Origin: an uncultured bacterium
GTDB taxonomy: Bacteria > Schekmanbacteria > GWA2-38-11 > J061
Length of the DNA stretch: 64,000 nt
Reading direction: 5' to 3'
Assembly (NCBI GenBank): GCA_964549305.1
Contig: CAZJVM010000001.1
Coordinates: forward strand, 32,001 to 96,000
The notes under the pieces were generated by a model. The model was not told where the DNA came from. It worked only from the letters and a program-made list of their open reading frames with translations, and made no database searches. Position 1 is the stretch's first letter, and every line of letters begins with the position of its first letter. Shown one piece after another: positions 10,926 through 21,186 of the stretch. Made by a program: the position numbers and the translations under genes.

Positions 10926-13321
10926 AAATATCGTGGAAATGGCTGAAAGAATATATTGATATCCCCTGTTCCCTGAATGAAATAGCCGACAGGCTTACAA
11001 TGTCGGGGCTTGAAGTTGAGGATATCATCCTTTTTCGCGACAACATTCCCCGGGAAGTGGTGACCGCGCAGATTACATCCTTAAAGAAACACCCCGATTC
11101 GGATAATCTTCAGATAGTTGAAGTCAATATCGGTTCAGAAACGGTTGCTGTTGTTTCAGGCGCGCCCGGACTTGAAAAAGGAAAGCGAGTCGCATTTGCT
11201 CCCCATGGTGTAAAACTGCCGGCGGGAAAAGTGGAAAAAAGAAAGATAAGGGGCATTGTTTCGTCGGGACTTCTATGCTGTGATGCGGACTTTGATTTGA
11301 CTGAGCAATCAGAAGGCATTATTTACTTTCCCGAGGACTGTGAAATAGGCGAATATGCCGGTAAATATATCGAAACAGAGGAAGCGGTCATAGAATTGGG
11401 AGTTACGCCCAACAGACCGGACTGTTTGAATGTAATGGGAATCGCAAGGGAAGTCTCTGCGCTTACCGGGAACGGAATAAAACAGCAAAAATCGAAATTC
11501 AACGAAATTAAAACTCCTTCATCGCATCTCATATCGCTGGTTATAGACGCGCCGGATCTTTGTCCCGCATATACCGCAAGAGTGATAGAAGATGTGGAGA
11601 TTAAGACATCTCCCGTATGGATTCAGAAACGCCTCAGGGCATCGGGAATACGCGCTATCAATAATGTAGTGGATATAACTAATTATGTTCTGATTGAAAC
11701 GGGACATCCCCTGCACGCATTTGATTACGACCTTATAGAAGGAAAAAAGATTATTGTACGAAAGGCTCGTAAAGGTGAGAAAATAACTACTCTTGATTCC
11801 GAAGAAAGAACACTTACCGATGATATGCTTCTGATTGCTGATGAAAAAAACGGGATAGCCGTTGCCGGTGTTATGGGGGGGAAGGATTCGGAAGTTACGG
11901 AAAAGACAACAAAACTCGTTATCGAAAGCGCTTACTTCACTGCAGCGGGAATCAGGAAGACATCAAAAAAACTCGGACTCAGCACGGAAGCGTCATACAG
12001 GTTCGAGAGGGGAAGCGATCCGGGTATTCTTTTCTATGCTTCCGACAGGGTTTCCGCTCTTGTTTCTCAGATTGCAAACGGAAAAGTTTGCAAGGGTATG
12101 GTGAGTGAATCGTTTTTAAGGAATCAACCGCCGCTGATCCCCTTGAGAAAGAATGTTATGAAAAAGGTTCTTGGAACTGAAATTTCCATGGAGAAAGCTG
12201 CAAACATATGTGAAAACCTCGGCATGACAATAAAATCAAGGGATGAGGAAGGGGTAAGCATAAATCCTCCGTCGTACAGGGGCGATATTAAAAAAGAGAT
12301 TGACCTTATTGAAGAAGTGGCAAGGATATCGGGATATGAAAATATTCCCCTGAAGTATCCGGTTTCTCAGGCAGGTGGTAACGGAAATTTTCCCGGCAGA
12401 TTAAAAACTATAAGCAATATGAGATCGGAACTGGTCCGCATAGGTTTCAGTGAAGTAATTAATTACAGTTTTGTAGACTCCAGGGTACTGGCAAAAATAT
12501 CAGATAAGACGCCAAATGCTGTTTCGATTTGTAATCCTTTATCGGAAGAGCAGGATATAATGAGAACTTCTCTTATACAGGGGATTCTCAACTCTCTTTC
12601 CTTTAACGTTAAAAGATATTTGCCTGATTTAAAGATATTTGAAATCGGAAGGGTATATCTGCCGGTAAAAGACAAATTTACGGCAGATGAGCGTGTGTTT
12701 CTTACAGGGCTTGTAAGCGGAAATATATCCCATCCGAGTTGGTATGAGAAAGAGAGAAAATCGGATTTTTTTGATATAAAAGGAGTGCTCGAGTCGCTTT
12801 GCGACGTTTCCGGATTGAAACTCAACTTAAAGTCCATATCGGTAGAGAAAGTGTTTCTCGATTCCTCTGAGTCCGCCGACATTTTTATAAATGATAAAAA
12901 ATGCGGATATGTGGGGAAAATATCTGACATCATAGTGGATGATTTTGAACTTAAAACACCTGTTTATGTATTTGAAATCGATATTGATTCCATAGATTTC
13001 AAAAAAACTGTTGTAACGTCATTTAAACGGCTTTCAAAAATTCCACCGTCATACAGAGACCTTGCCATAATAGTAAATGACAGTTTCAGTGCAGAGGAAA
13101 TACTTAATTGTGTGAAAAAATCATCAGGAGAAATTCTCGAAGATGTGGTGCTTTTTGACATTTACAAGGGAAAACCGGTGCGAACGGGGTTTAAAAGCGT
13201 TGCCTTGTCTCTTACTTTCAGAGGTATTGAATCCACTCTTACCGATGAAGAGATTAATACCGTAACGGGTAGTATACTCGAATCCCTTAAAAAAGAGCTT
13301 TCCGCTGAAATAAGAAACTGA
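10922..13321 (+). CDS. pheT: Phenylalanyl-tRNA synthetase beta subunit
   Basis: TPNRPDCL, INNVVDITNY, YRFERG, DLIEEVARI, C-terminal FDX-ACB domain; ATGA-like coupling to pheS. Confidence 0.97.
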   Translation: MKISWKWLKEYIDIPCSLNEIADRLTMSGLEVEDIILFRDNIPREVVTAQITSLKKHPDSDNLQIVEVNIGSETVAVVSGAPGLEKGKRVAFAPHGVKLPAGKVEKRKIRGIVSSGLLCCDADFDLTEQSEGIIYFPEDCEIGEYAGKYIETEEAVIELGVTPNRPDCLNVMGIAREVSALTGNGIKQQKSKFNEIKTPSSHLISLVIDAPDLCPAYTARVIEDVEIKTSPVWIQKRLRASGIRAINNVVDITNYVLIETGHPLHAFDYDLIEGKKIIVRKARKGEKITTLDSEERTLTDDMLLIADEKNGIAVAGVMGGKDSEVTEKTTKLVIESAYFTAAGIRKTSKKLGLSTEASYRFERGSDPGILFYASDRVSALVSQIANGKVCKGMVSESFLRNQPPLIPLRKNVMKKVLGTEISMEKAANICENLGMTIKSRDEEGVSINPPSYRGDIKKEIDLIEEVARISGYENIPLKYPVSQAGGNGNFPGRLKTISNMRSELVRIGFSEVINYSFVDSRVLAKISDKTPNAVSICNPLSEEQDIMRTSLIQGILNSLSFNVKRYLPDLKIFEIGRVYLPVKDKFTADERVFLTGLVSGNISHPSWYEKERKSDFFDIKGVLESLCDVSGLKLNLKSISVEKVFLDSSESADIFINDKKCGYVGKISDIIVDDFELKTPVYVFEIDIDSIDFKKTVVTSFKRLSKIPPSYRDLAIIVNDSFSAEEILNCVKKSSGEILEDVVLFDIYKGKPVRTGFKSVALSLTFRGIESTLTDEEINTVTGSILESLKKELSAEIRN

Positions 13322-13462
13322 AAGGGTTATATCCCGGTAAACACTCTCTTTTTTTATCAATCGCCTGCAATTACTATTCTTGACTTTTATTGCTTCTTGG
13401 CTAATATTTGAGTTGTCCTACAGATATATTATATAATCTTTAACAGGGGGAGTATTCTTAAA

Positions 13463-13729
13463 ATGCAGCAGATTGAATTATTGGAAGAAAAAATACGAAA
13501 GATGATTGATGTCATTAAAGGTTTCAGGGAAGAAAACGGCAAACTTTCTGCGCAAATTGAAGAGTTTAAGAGCAAAATTTCCGATTTTGAAAAAGAATTA
13601 TCTGACAAAAACGGAATTAAAGAAAAATATTCCGAGCTTTTGAAAGAAAAAGAAAATTTACAGAGTGAAAAGGATATGGTAAAATCTTCTGTGGAAAAAC
13701 TGATTCAGGATATAGAAAGCATTGTTTAA
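13463..13729 (+). CDS. Coiled-coil cell division protein, ZapB-like
   Basis: 88-aa all coiled-coil (LEEKIRKMI...REEN) immediately upstream of zapA; SD GGGGAG. Confidence 0.7.
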   Translation: MQQIELLEEKIRKMIDVIKGFREENGKLSAQIEEFKSKISDFEKELSDKNGIKEKYSELLKEKENLQSEKDMVKSSVEKLIQDIESIV

Positions 13730-13745
13730 TTAACTTTCTAAGTTT

Positions 13746-14060
13746 ATGAATAAAGCTAATAGGGCTAAAAAAGAAACAAAAGTTGATATTTTCGGAAAAA
13801 CCTATAACCTTGTGTTTGACGGTGACGAAAACCATTTTAATGAAGTGACCACTTACCTTAACGAAAAGATGGAGGAAATTCACAACAGTACAAGAATGGT
13901 TGATTCAATTAAAGTAGCTGTATTGGCGGCATTGAAAATAACCGATGAGTTGTTAACTTTAAAAAAAGAAATGGACAGTGTGGTTAATCTTGACAATGAG
14001 AAAACAGAGATGTTGATAAATCTCATTGACAGCAATATAGAAGAAGTAAGAAATGCTTAA
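13746..14060 (+). CDS. zapA: Cell division protein ZapA
   Basis: VDIFGKTYNL...YLNEKMEEI...KVAVLAALKITDEL pattern; zapA-ssrS-ygfA-rny synteny. Confidence 0.88.
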   Translation: MNKANRAKKETKVDIFGKTYNLVFDGDENHFNEVTTYLNEKMEEIHNSTRMVDSIKVAVLAALKITDELLTLKKEMDSVVNLDNEKTEMLINLIDSNIEEVRNA

Positions 14061-14375
14061 AAGTCGCATGGTGGGAAATTTAAAATGGGAATTATTTAAA
14101 TTTCCTATGGGGAAAAGAAAGAGAAAAAGAGTTTTTGAATAAAAGGTGAATGAATTACAAAATGAAAAAAAGTTTTAAAAATATATGGTTGTCGGTTTTG
14201 AAACAATATACACGGATTATAAAATCCGATTTGTTCACCTTGAATAAGTCATACGATTGCGAAGAATTTGCTTTCTAACAGTCATATGAATAACTGATTA
14301 TTTTCTTTTTCTAACTTAGTTTAGGCACTTATACGGTGTCCGGTTTCCCACCTGCATTACTTCCGAGAAGGTTAA
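14061..14375 (+). ncRNA. ssrS: 6S RNA (ssrS) candidate, boundaries uncertain
   Basis: Non-coding gap between zapA and ygfA, the usual 6S position; long-range complements GGTGGGAAA (14070-78)/TTTCCCACC (14344-52) and AAGGTGAATGAAT (14143-55)/ATTTGTTCACCTT (14229-41). Confidence 0.5.
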
Positions 14376-14377
14376 TT

Positions 14378-14971
14378 TTGAACAAAAAAAGCGTCAGGAA
14401 AAAAATGCAGGCATTGAGGAAAAAACTGAATGTAGAAAGAGCTAAGACATATTCTGATATTGCCTGTAATAAACTTCTTTCATTTGCCCCTCTTTTAAGA
14501 TCCGGCACGGTTTCCTGCTATTCCTCAAAACCTGAAGAATTACAGACAGACAAGCTCATTATCCGCCTTGTTGAAATAGGCAAAAAAGTTGCATTGCCTA
14601 AGGTTGACCAAAAAAATAATAAAATGGACTTTTATTATATAAATTCTCCTGAAAAAGACCTGGAGACCGGTTTTATGGGAATAATGGAACCTAAAACGGG
14701 TTTGAAAAAGGTAGAAGATGTTACCGAAATTGATTTTACAATCATTCCCGCGCTTTCAGTTGATGTTGAAGGAAATCGAATCGGTTTCGGAGGCGGTTTT
14801 TTTGACAGATATTTTAAAAGCCGGGAGAAAAGAAATATATTGTGCGGATTGGTTTTCGATTTTCAAATTTTAGAATGTATCCCGTATGATTCCCGAGATG
14901 TAAAACTTGATTTTGTTATTTCTGAAAAAAGAATCATCTCTTGCGGGAAAGAAATAAGCAGAGTTCATTAA
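14378..14971 (+). CDS. ygfA: 5-formyltetrahydrofolate cyclo-ligase (TTG start; ORF track 14336)
   Basis: [37 protein letters not shown]. Confidence 0.92.
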   Translation: MNKKSVRKKMQALRKKLNVERAKTYSDIACNKLLSFAPLLRSGTVSCYSSKPEELQTDKLIIRLVEIGKKVALPKVDQKNNKMDFYYINSPEKDLETGFMGIMEPKTGLKKVEDVTEIDFTIIPALSVDVEGNRIGFGGGFFDRYFKSREKRNILCGLVFDFQILECIPYDSRDVKLDFVISEKRIISCGKEISRVH

Positions 14972-14991
14972 ACATAAAAGGAGGAATTTCG

Positions 14992-16563
14992 TTGGATAAT
15001 ATTAACATATATATTTTTTTAGTCATAGGTATTGTAGCAGGTGCTATCGTTACATACCTTCTGACTTATACAAACAGAAAGAAAGCGGCGCAAGATATAG
15101 AATCAACAAAGAAGGAAGCGGACAGGATAATTAGAGATTCAAAGAAGGAAGCGGAAACATTTACTAAAGAAAGCCGTATCGAGGCGAAAGAAACAATTCT
15201 GAAAGCAAGGACTGATTTTGAAAAGGATACAAAAGAACAGAAAAAAGAACTTCAGCAACTGGAAAAACGTCTTGCGCAGAAAGAAGAAAATATAGACAGA
15301 AAAATTGATTTTCTTTCCAAGAAAGATCTCGACATACAGAATAAAGAAAAAGAGATGTCACAGAAAAACGATGACCTGAGAAAGTCGGAAGAGCACCTGA
15401 ATGAACTAACATTCGAGTGCAAGAGACGCCTTGAAAAAATTTCCGGAATGAGCGGCGATGAAGCTAAAAAGATATTGATAGACAGCATCAGAGAAGAGGC
15501 AGATCACGAAGCGATGAAGTTTATCAGAAAAATCGAAGAAGGGGCAAAGGATACAGCACTGAGAAAAGCGCGTGAGATAGTCGCCACGGCAATCCAGAAA
15601 ACGGCGTCAGATTATGTTGCGGAAACAACTGTGTCGGTTGTAGATCTGCCTTCAGATGAAATGAAAGGCAGAATAATAGGAAGAGAAGGCAGAAATATTC
15701 GTGCTTTTGAAATAGCGACCGGTGTAGACCTTATCATTGACGATACTCCGGAAGCGGTTATTCTTTCAGCGCACGATCCCGTAAAGAGGGAAATCGCGAA
15801 ACGCACTCTTGAAAAACTTATAAGCGACGGAAGAATTCACCCCGGGAAGATAGAAGAAGTATTGAATAAAATGGCGACTGAAGTTGAAGAGGATATCAGA
15901 GAGGAAGGAAATCAGTGCTGTCTTCTTCTTGGAATTCACGGGCTTCATTCCGAACTCGTTAAACATTTAGGTCGTCTTAAATTTCGCACGAGCTATGCTC
16001 AAAATGTTCTCGAACACTCAAAGGAAGTGGCTTATTTGTGTTCGATTATGGCATCTGAACTCGGTGTTGACCCCGTGCTGGCTAAAAGGGCCGGACTTCT
16101 TCACGATATCGGAAAGGCAGTCGACCATCAGGTTGAAGGTTCTCATGCGGTTATTGGCGCCGATATAGCGCAGAAATTCGGCGAAAAACCAAATGTGGTA
16201 AACGCTATCAAAGCTCATCACGAAGAAGAAAGCCCCCTTAGCGTAGAAGCGGTTTTACTTCAGGCGGGAGACGCGCTTTCAGCGGCAAGACCCGGGGCGA
16301 GAAGAGAAATGCTTGAATCCTACATCAAGCGTCTGGAAAAGCTCGAACAGCTTGCCGATTCATTTAACGGAGTTGATAAATCCTTCGCGATTCAGGCAGG
16401 AAGAGAGATTCGGATTATCGTGAATAACGATGATTTGTCAGATGACCAGACATATTCTCTTGCAAGGGATATTGCCAAAAAAATTGAAAAGGAGCTTTCA
16501 TATCCGGGGCAGATTAAAGTAACTGCCATAAGGGAAACGAGAGCCGTTGAATACGCAAAATAA
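14992..16563 (+). CDS. rny: Ribonuclease Y (TTG start after AGGAGG; ORF track 14941)
   Basis: N-terminal TM, coiled coil, KH ([13 protein letters not shown]), HD (LLHDIGK), [14 protein letters not shown] end. Confidence 0.97.
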   Translation: MDNINIYIFLVIGIVAGAIVTYLLTYTNRKKAAQDIESTKKEADRIIRDSKKEAETFTKESRIEAKETILKARTDFEKDTKEQKKELQQLEKRLAQKEENIDRKIDFLSKKDLDIQNKEKEMSQKNDDLRKSEEHLNELTFECKRRLEKISGMSGDEAKKILIDSIREEADHEAMKFIRKIEEGAKDTALRKAREIVATAIQKTASDYVAETTVSVVDLPSDEMKGRIIGREGRNIRAFEIATGVDLIIDDTPEAVILSAHDPVKREIAKRTLEKLISDGRIHPGKIEEVLNKMATEVEEDIREEGNQCCLLLGIHGLHSELVKHLGRLKFRTSYAQNVLEHSKEVAYLCSIMASELGVDPVLAKRAGLLHDIGKAVDHQVEGSHAVIGADIAQKFGEKPNVVNAIKAHHEEESPLSVEAVLLQAGDALSAARPGARREMLESYIKRLEKLEQLADSFNGVDKSFAIQAGREIRIIVNNDDLSDDQTYSLARDIAKKIEKELSYPGQIKVTAIRETRAVEYAK

Positions 16564-16592
16564 TTGAATACGCCTGCGCGGGGAAGATGATT

Positions 16593-17399
16593 TTAATCGT
16601 TCAGACCGGTAATCTTTTCTTCAATATCTGTCAACGCCCTTGAAAGGTTGTTGAGCGTTCTTCTCGCGTCCAGTATCTTGTCTTCAAGGTCTGCAATTGA
16701 CTTTGTAATATATTTGTTGTTGCTGTTTCCATTGCCGTTACCGTTTGCGGGAATGACTTTTGTAGATTTGTTTGCAGTCGTCTCATAGGCTCGACTTTTG
16801 TTTACAATCGGTTTTTTCGACAATTGAACCTGTTCGATTGTTTTTTTGGAGATACATTTCAAGGTTTCAAATACGCCTTCTCCCCTGATTGCCGAAGACG
16901 CGAATGAATCAAGTCCCATAGGGTTTATAATCGCATTCAGCTCATCGATTGACGAAATTTCCTCGAGGTCTCTCTTGTTGTATTGAAAAACTATGGGGAT
17001 GCTGTCTATGCTCAGTCCGCTTTCCTGTAAATTGATTTTCAGGTCTTCAAAACTTTCAAGGTTTGCCTCAACCTGATCCTTCTGAGAGTCTGCGACAAAT
17101 ACAACGGCATCAACGCCTTTAAGGACAAGCTTTCTCGTAGAAGTCAACTGTACCTGACCGGGAGTTGTGTAAAGTTGAATTTTTATGTTCATCCCTCTGA
17201 TTTTTCCAAGATTCATCGGCAGCAAATCAAAGAAAAGGGTGCGGTCGGTTTCAGTGCGCATCGATAAGAGTTTTCCTCTCGTCTCGGGGTCGCTTTTGTT
17301 GTAAATAAATTCGAGATTGGTGGTTTTTCCGCCCCTCGCGGGACCGTAGTACACGATTTTTATTATTGCTTCATCTAAAGCAACATTGAATATAGCCAT
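16593..17399 (-). CDS. MglA-family small GTPase with C-terminal extension
   Basis: KIVYYGPARGGKTTNL, TETDRTLFFD, YTTPGQV, VVFVADSQ, QYNKRDL, GEGVFETLK. Confidence 0.88.
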   Translation of the reverse strand: MAIFNVALDEAIIKIVYYGPARGGKTTNLEFIYNKSDPETRGKLLSMRTETDRTLFFDLLPMNLGKIRGMNIKIQLYTTPGQVQLTSTRKLVLKGVDAVVFVADSQKDQVEANLESFEDLKINLQESGLSIDSIPIVFQYNKRDLEEISSIDELNAIINPMGLDSFASSAIRGEGVFETLKCISKKTIEQVQLSKKPIVNKSRAYETTANKSTKVIPANGNGNGNSNNKYITKSIADLEDKILDARRTLNNLSRALTDIEEKITGLND

Positions 17400-17735
17400 A
17401 CTCGTAAATGGGAAAAGTGTTATATATCAGTTGGTTATATTTTGATTTCGGATTCTCTTATTTTGCCTGTTAAGTAGATAATTCTATCGGACAAAATTTG
17501 AAAAATAAGAAACATTTTTTAAAAAAACACTTGTTTTGGAATTCATTTTTACGCTTTGGGAAAATCCTCGTCGAATTACCGCAACGCTTTTTCAAATATA
17601 TCGGCAATGGGAGAAAAATAAGAAAAAATTCAGGGAGAATCTTGTATTTCGTGAAGAAGAATTACACTGTGGAAACGATATTAATACTGCAGGTTTCCTA
17701 TTAAAGAAACGGTGTAACAGCGATATTGAAAAACA

Positions 17736-17762
17736 TTGACAAATAGTGATTATTTGTATAAT
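17736..17762 (+). promoter_or_regulatory. Sigma70-like promoter of truB-rpsO-pnp with an overlapping inverted repeat
   Basis: TTGACA (17736-41), 15 nt, TATAAT (17757-62); ACAAATA-N5-TATTTGT palindrome at 17739-17757. Confidence 0.5.
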
Positions 17763-17777
17763 TATACTCTCCTTTAA

Positions 17778-18773
17778 ATGAAAGTATTAGCATATACCCA
17801 TTTCACTGAAGCTGATTCGGCGGAAGATGATTTAAGAAGACATCATATGGATGGTGCAATAACCCTTTTTAAACCTTCGGGCATCACATCCTTTAAGGCG
17901 ACGGAACAGGTTAAACGGATTACAGGGGTAAAGAAATGCGGTCATGGCGGGACTCTTGACCCTGTAGCGGAAGGAGTGCTTCCCATATTCCTCGGAAAAG
18001 CCACAAAAGTCATTCCCTTTATAAAAAATAATGACAAAGCTTATTCCGCGACCATTAAACTCGGAGTTGAAACGGATACGATGGACTGCGAAGGGAAGGT
18101 TGTTTCGGAAAACCCGGCAATAGTGCCTTCCTTTGATGAAGTGGAAAAGGCGGTTTCCTGTTTTGAGGGAGAGATTAGCCAGAGACCTCCCATCTATTCA
18201 GCGCTGAGATACAAGGGGAAACGACTATACGAGTATGCAAGGAAGAATATAGAGATCGAGGTAAAGAAACGCAAAGTAATTATTGATAAGATTGAAATAG
18301 TGTTCTATAAGTATCCTCTTTTAAAAATTAATGTTTACTGTTCTTCCGGCACATATATAAGAAGCCTTGCCCACGATATCGGGGAAGTGCTTGGATGCGG
18401 AGGACACATAGTCGGGTTGCTGAGAACGAAAAGCGGTGATTTCCATATAAAGGAAGCCGTAAATATTGATTCCCTGAAGTCAGAATCGTCGCGAAAGGCG
18501 CTGAAAAGCCATATAAAGGGAATCGATGAGATACTCGCAGGATACGGAGAAGTGAAAGTTTCAGATGAAGTGAAACAAAAGGTACTCTGCGGTTCGCCTG
18601 TCGAAATGGATGATGTAACTGCAATCGGAGACTGCATTGCCGTCACAAGATTGTTGAAAGTTAAGGATTCGGACAATAACCTTTTGGCTATTGCCGAGAT
18701 TGTTTCAGTTAAAGCCGACACTACCGGTTCTGAAAAGAATTTAATTTTAAAAATGAAAAGAGTATTTAATTGA
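17778..18773 (+). CDS. truB: tRNA pseudouridine(55) synthase (start may be ATG 17847)
   Basis: KPSGITS, GHGGTLDP, PPIYSA, CSSGTYIRSL. Confidence 0.96.
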   Translation: MKVLAYTHFTEADSAEDDLRRHHMDGAITLFKPSGITSFKATEQVKRITGVKKCGHGGTLDPVAEGVLPIFLGKATKVIPFIKNNDKAYSATIKLGVETDTMDCEGKVVSENPAIVPSFDEVEKAVSCFEGEISQRPPIYSALRYKGKRLYEYARKNIEIEVKKRKVIIDKIEIVFYKYPLLKINVYCSSGTYIRSLAHDIGEVLGCGGHIVGLLRTKSGDFHIKEAVNIDSLKSESSRKALKSHIKGIDEILAGYGEVKVSDEVKQKVLCGSPVEMDDVTAIGDCIAVTRLLKVKDSDNNLLAIAEIVSVKADTTGSEKNLILKMKRVFN

Positions 18774-18786
18774 AGGAGGTTGAATA

Positions 18787-19056
18787 GTGGTATTGACAAA
18801 AGAAAAAAAGGCGGAAGTGAAGGACAAATTCAAACTTCACGAAAAGGATACGGGTTCTCCTGAAGTGCAGATTGCGCTTCTTACCGAGAGGATTATATAC
18901 CTCACGGAACATTTCAGAACCCACAAGAAAGACCATCATTCCAGGCGCGGACTTCTCAAGCTCGTAAGCAGAAGAAGAAAGCTTCTCGAATATTTGAAGA
19001 GGCGCAACTATGAAGGATATACGACGATTATTCGCGAACTTGGTTTGAGAAGGTAA
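18787..19056 (+). CDS. rpsO: 30S ribosomal protein S15
   Basis: [35 protein letters not shown] start. Confidence 0.98.
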   Translation: MVLTKEKKAEVKDKFKLHEKDTGSPEVQIALLTERIIYLTEHFRTHKKDHHSRRGLLKLVSRRRKLLEYLKRRNYEGYTTIIRELGLRR

Positions 19057-19085
19057 CCTGAGACATTACAAAGGAACAAAATTAA

Positions 19086-21173
19086 ATGGTAAAGAAGCAG
19101 ATTGATTTAGGGGGCAGCACTTTTTCCATAGAGACAGGAAAAGTCGCAAAACAGGCAAACGGTTCGGTGGTTGTTTCTCAGGGTGACGTTGTTGTCCTTG
19201 TTACTGCCGTAAACTCAAAGAAGGACAGAGAGGGAATTGATTTTCTTCCCTTTATGGTTGAATACAGAGAAAAGACATATGCAGCAGGAAAGATTCCCGG
19301 TGGTTTTTTCAAAAGGGAAGGAAGACCCAGTGAAAAGGAAATTTTGACATCACGTATAATTGACCGCCCTTTAAGGCCTTTGTTTCCCGACGGTTACCAC
19401 AAGGATATTCAGGTAATCGCCAATGTACTTTCCACTGATAAGGAATATGATACTGATATAGCGGCGATGAACGGCGCGTCCGCGGCGCTTCTTATATCGG
19501 ATATTCCCTTCAGCACACCGGTGGGTGCAGTAAGGGTCGGGCTTATCGATGGTGAGATGGTAATCAATCCAAAATTCAGCGAACTTGAAAACAGCGACAT
19601 TGATATAGTTATCGCAGGCACGAGAGATGCCGTGCTAATGGTTGAAGGCGAAAGCAGGGAAGTATCGGAAGAGCAGATGCGTGACGCGATCTTCTTCGGT
19701 CACGAGAATCTCATAAAGATGATAGAAATTCAGGAAGAACTTCAGAAGGAAGCGGGAAAGAAGAAGCAGGAAGTGTCAGTGCCTGAAGTGTCGGAGATTT
19801 ACACTGCGCTCAAGGAAAAAGCGGCAGGCAAGCTCGCCGAAGCAATTGCAATAAAGGAAAAGATGGCGCGTCAGGATGCTGTTGAAAAAGTCTTCGCCGA
19901 GGCGTTAGAGGAAATTGCCCCTGATGAGGAAAAGACAGGTGAATTTAAAAGTGCCTTCGAAAAGATAGAGAAGGAATGCGTCAGAAATATGATACTTGAG
20001 AAATCAGTAAGGGCTGACGGCAGGGGCTTAGAGGATATAAGGCCTATTACCTGCGAAGTATCGGTGCTTCCGAGGCCTCACGGTTCGGCGCTTTTTACGA
20101 GAGGCGAAACGCAATCGCTCAGCGTGGTTACTTTGGGTTCGGGAGACGACGAGCAGAGAATTGACGCTCTCGAAGGCGAATTCAAAAAATCCTTTATGCT
20201 TCACTATAATTTTCCTCCTTTTTCAGTGGGCGAGACCAGTAACCGTCTTGCAACGGGAAGAAGGGAAATAGGACACGGAAATCTTGCAGAAAGGGCGTTG
20301 AAAGCGGTAATGCCTGATTCCGAAGAATATCCATACACGGTGAGAGTAGTTTCGGAGATACTTGAATCGAACGGCTCATCTTCAATGGCGACTGTTTGCG
20401 CGGGTTCTCTTGCTCTGATGGATGCCGGCGTTCCCACAAAAAGCCCTGTTGCGGGAATTGCAATGGGACTTGTTAAGGCAGACGACAATGTTGCCATATT
20501 ATCGGATATTCTCGGGCTTGAAGACCATTGCGGAGATATGGATTTCAAAGTTGCCGGAACGCAGAAAGGTATTACGGCTTTTCAGATGGATGTGAAGATA
20601 TCGGGAGTTACCAAAGATATTGTTCAGAATGCGCTTACTCAGGCACACAAAGGAAGAATGCACATTCTCGGAATAATGAACTCTGCTCTTTCGGAACCAA
20701 AAGCAGAGATGTCGCAGTATGCTCCAAGGATAATAACCATCCATATCAATCCTTCAAAAATAGGCGAGGTTATCGGACCGGGCGGAAAGAATATCAGAGG
20801 CATTATAGAAACTACGGGTGCTAAAATAGATATAGATGACAGCGGAAGAGTCAATGTCTCAGCAGTGGAATCTGCCGCGGCAGACAAGGCGGTTGAGATA
20901 ATCAAAGCTATGACGGAAGAGCCTGAAGTGGGAAAGATTTATAACGGAAAAGTTAAAAAAATAATGGACTTCGGAGCTTTTGTTGAAATTATCCCCGGCA
21001 CGGAAGGGCTTGTGCATATCTCAGAGCTTTGCGAAGAGCGTGTCAAAGCCGTGCGGGATATTTTGAATGAGGGAGACGAGGTTCCTGTCAAGCTTATAGA
21101 TATAGACAGGGAAAAAAGACTCAGACTTAGCCGTAAGGAAGCTCTCCGCGCAATTGAAAAAGAAAAAAAATGA
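19086..21173 (+). CDS. pnp: Polyribonucleotide nucleotidyltransferase
   Basis: GKIPGGFFKREGRP, RREIGHG, SNGSSSMA, GDMDFKVAG, KH and S1 domains. Confidence 0.98.
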   Translation: MVKKQIDLGGSTFSIETGKVAKQANGSVVVSQGDVVVLVTAVNSKKDREGIDFLPFMVEYREKTYAAGKIPGGFFKREGRPSEKEILTSRIIDRPLRPLFPDGYHKDIQVIANVLSTDKEYDTDIAAMNGASAALLISDIPFSTPVGAVRVGLIDGEMVINPKFSELENSDIDIVIAGTRDAVLMVEGESREVSEEQMRDAIFFGHENLIKMIEIQEELQKEAGKKKQEVSVPEVSEIYTALKEKAAGKLAEAIAIKEKMARQDAVEKVFAEALEEIAPDEEKTGEFKSAFEKIEKECVRNMILEKSVRADGRGLEDIRPITCEVSVLPRPHGSALFTRGETQSLSVVTLGSGDDEQRIDALEGEFKKSFMLHYNFPPFSVGETSNRLATGRREIGHGNLAERALKAVMPDSEEYPYTVRVVSEILESNGSSSMATVCAGSLALMDAGVPTKSPVAGIAMGLVKADDNVAILSDILGLEDHCGDMDFKVAGTQKGITAFQMDVKISGVTKDIVQNALTQAHKGRMHILGIMNSALSEPKAEMSQYAPRIITIHINPSKIGEVIGPGGKNIRGIIETTGAKIDIDDSGRVNVSAVESAAADKAVEIIKAMTEEPEVGKIYNGKVKKIMDFGAFVEIIPGTEGLVHISELCEERVKAVRDILNEGDEVPVKLIDIDREKRLRLSRKEALRAIEKEKK

Positions 21174-21186
21174 TCTCCGCCATGAA

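Noticed and set aside
17498-17739. Short ORFs between the mglA-like gene and truB
   Set aside because: AT-rich divergent promoter region, no SD or recognisable motif
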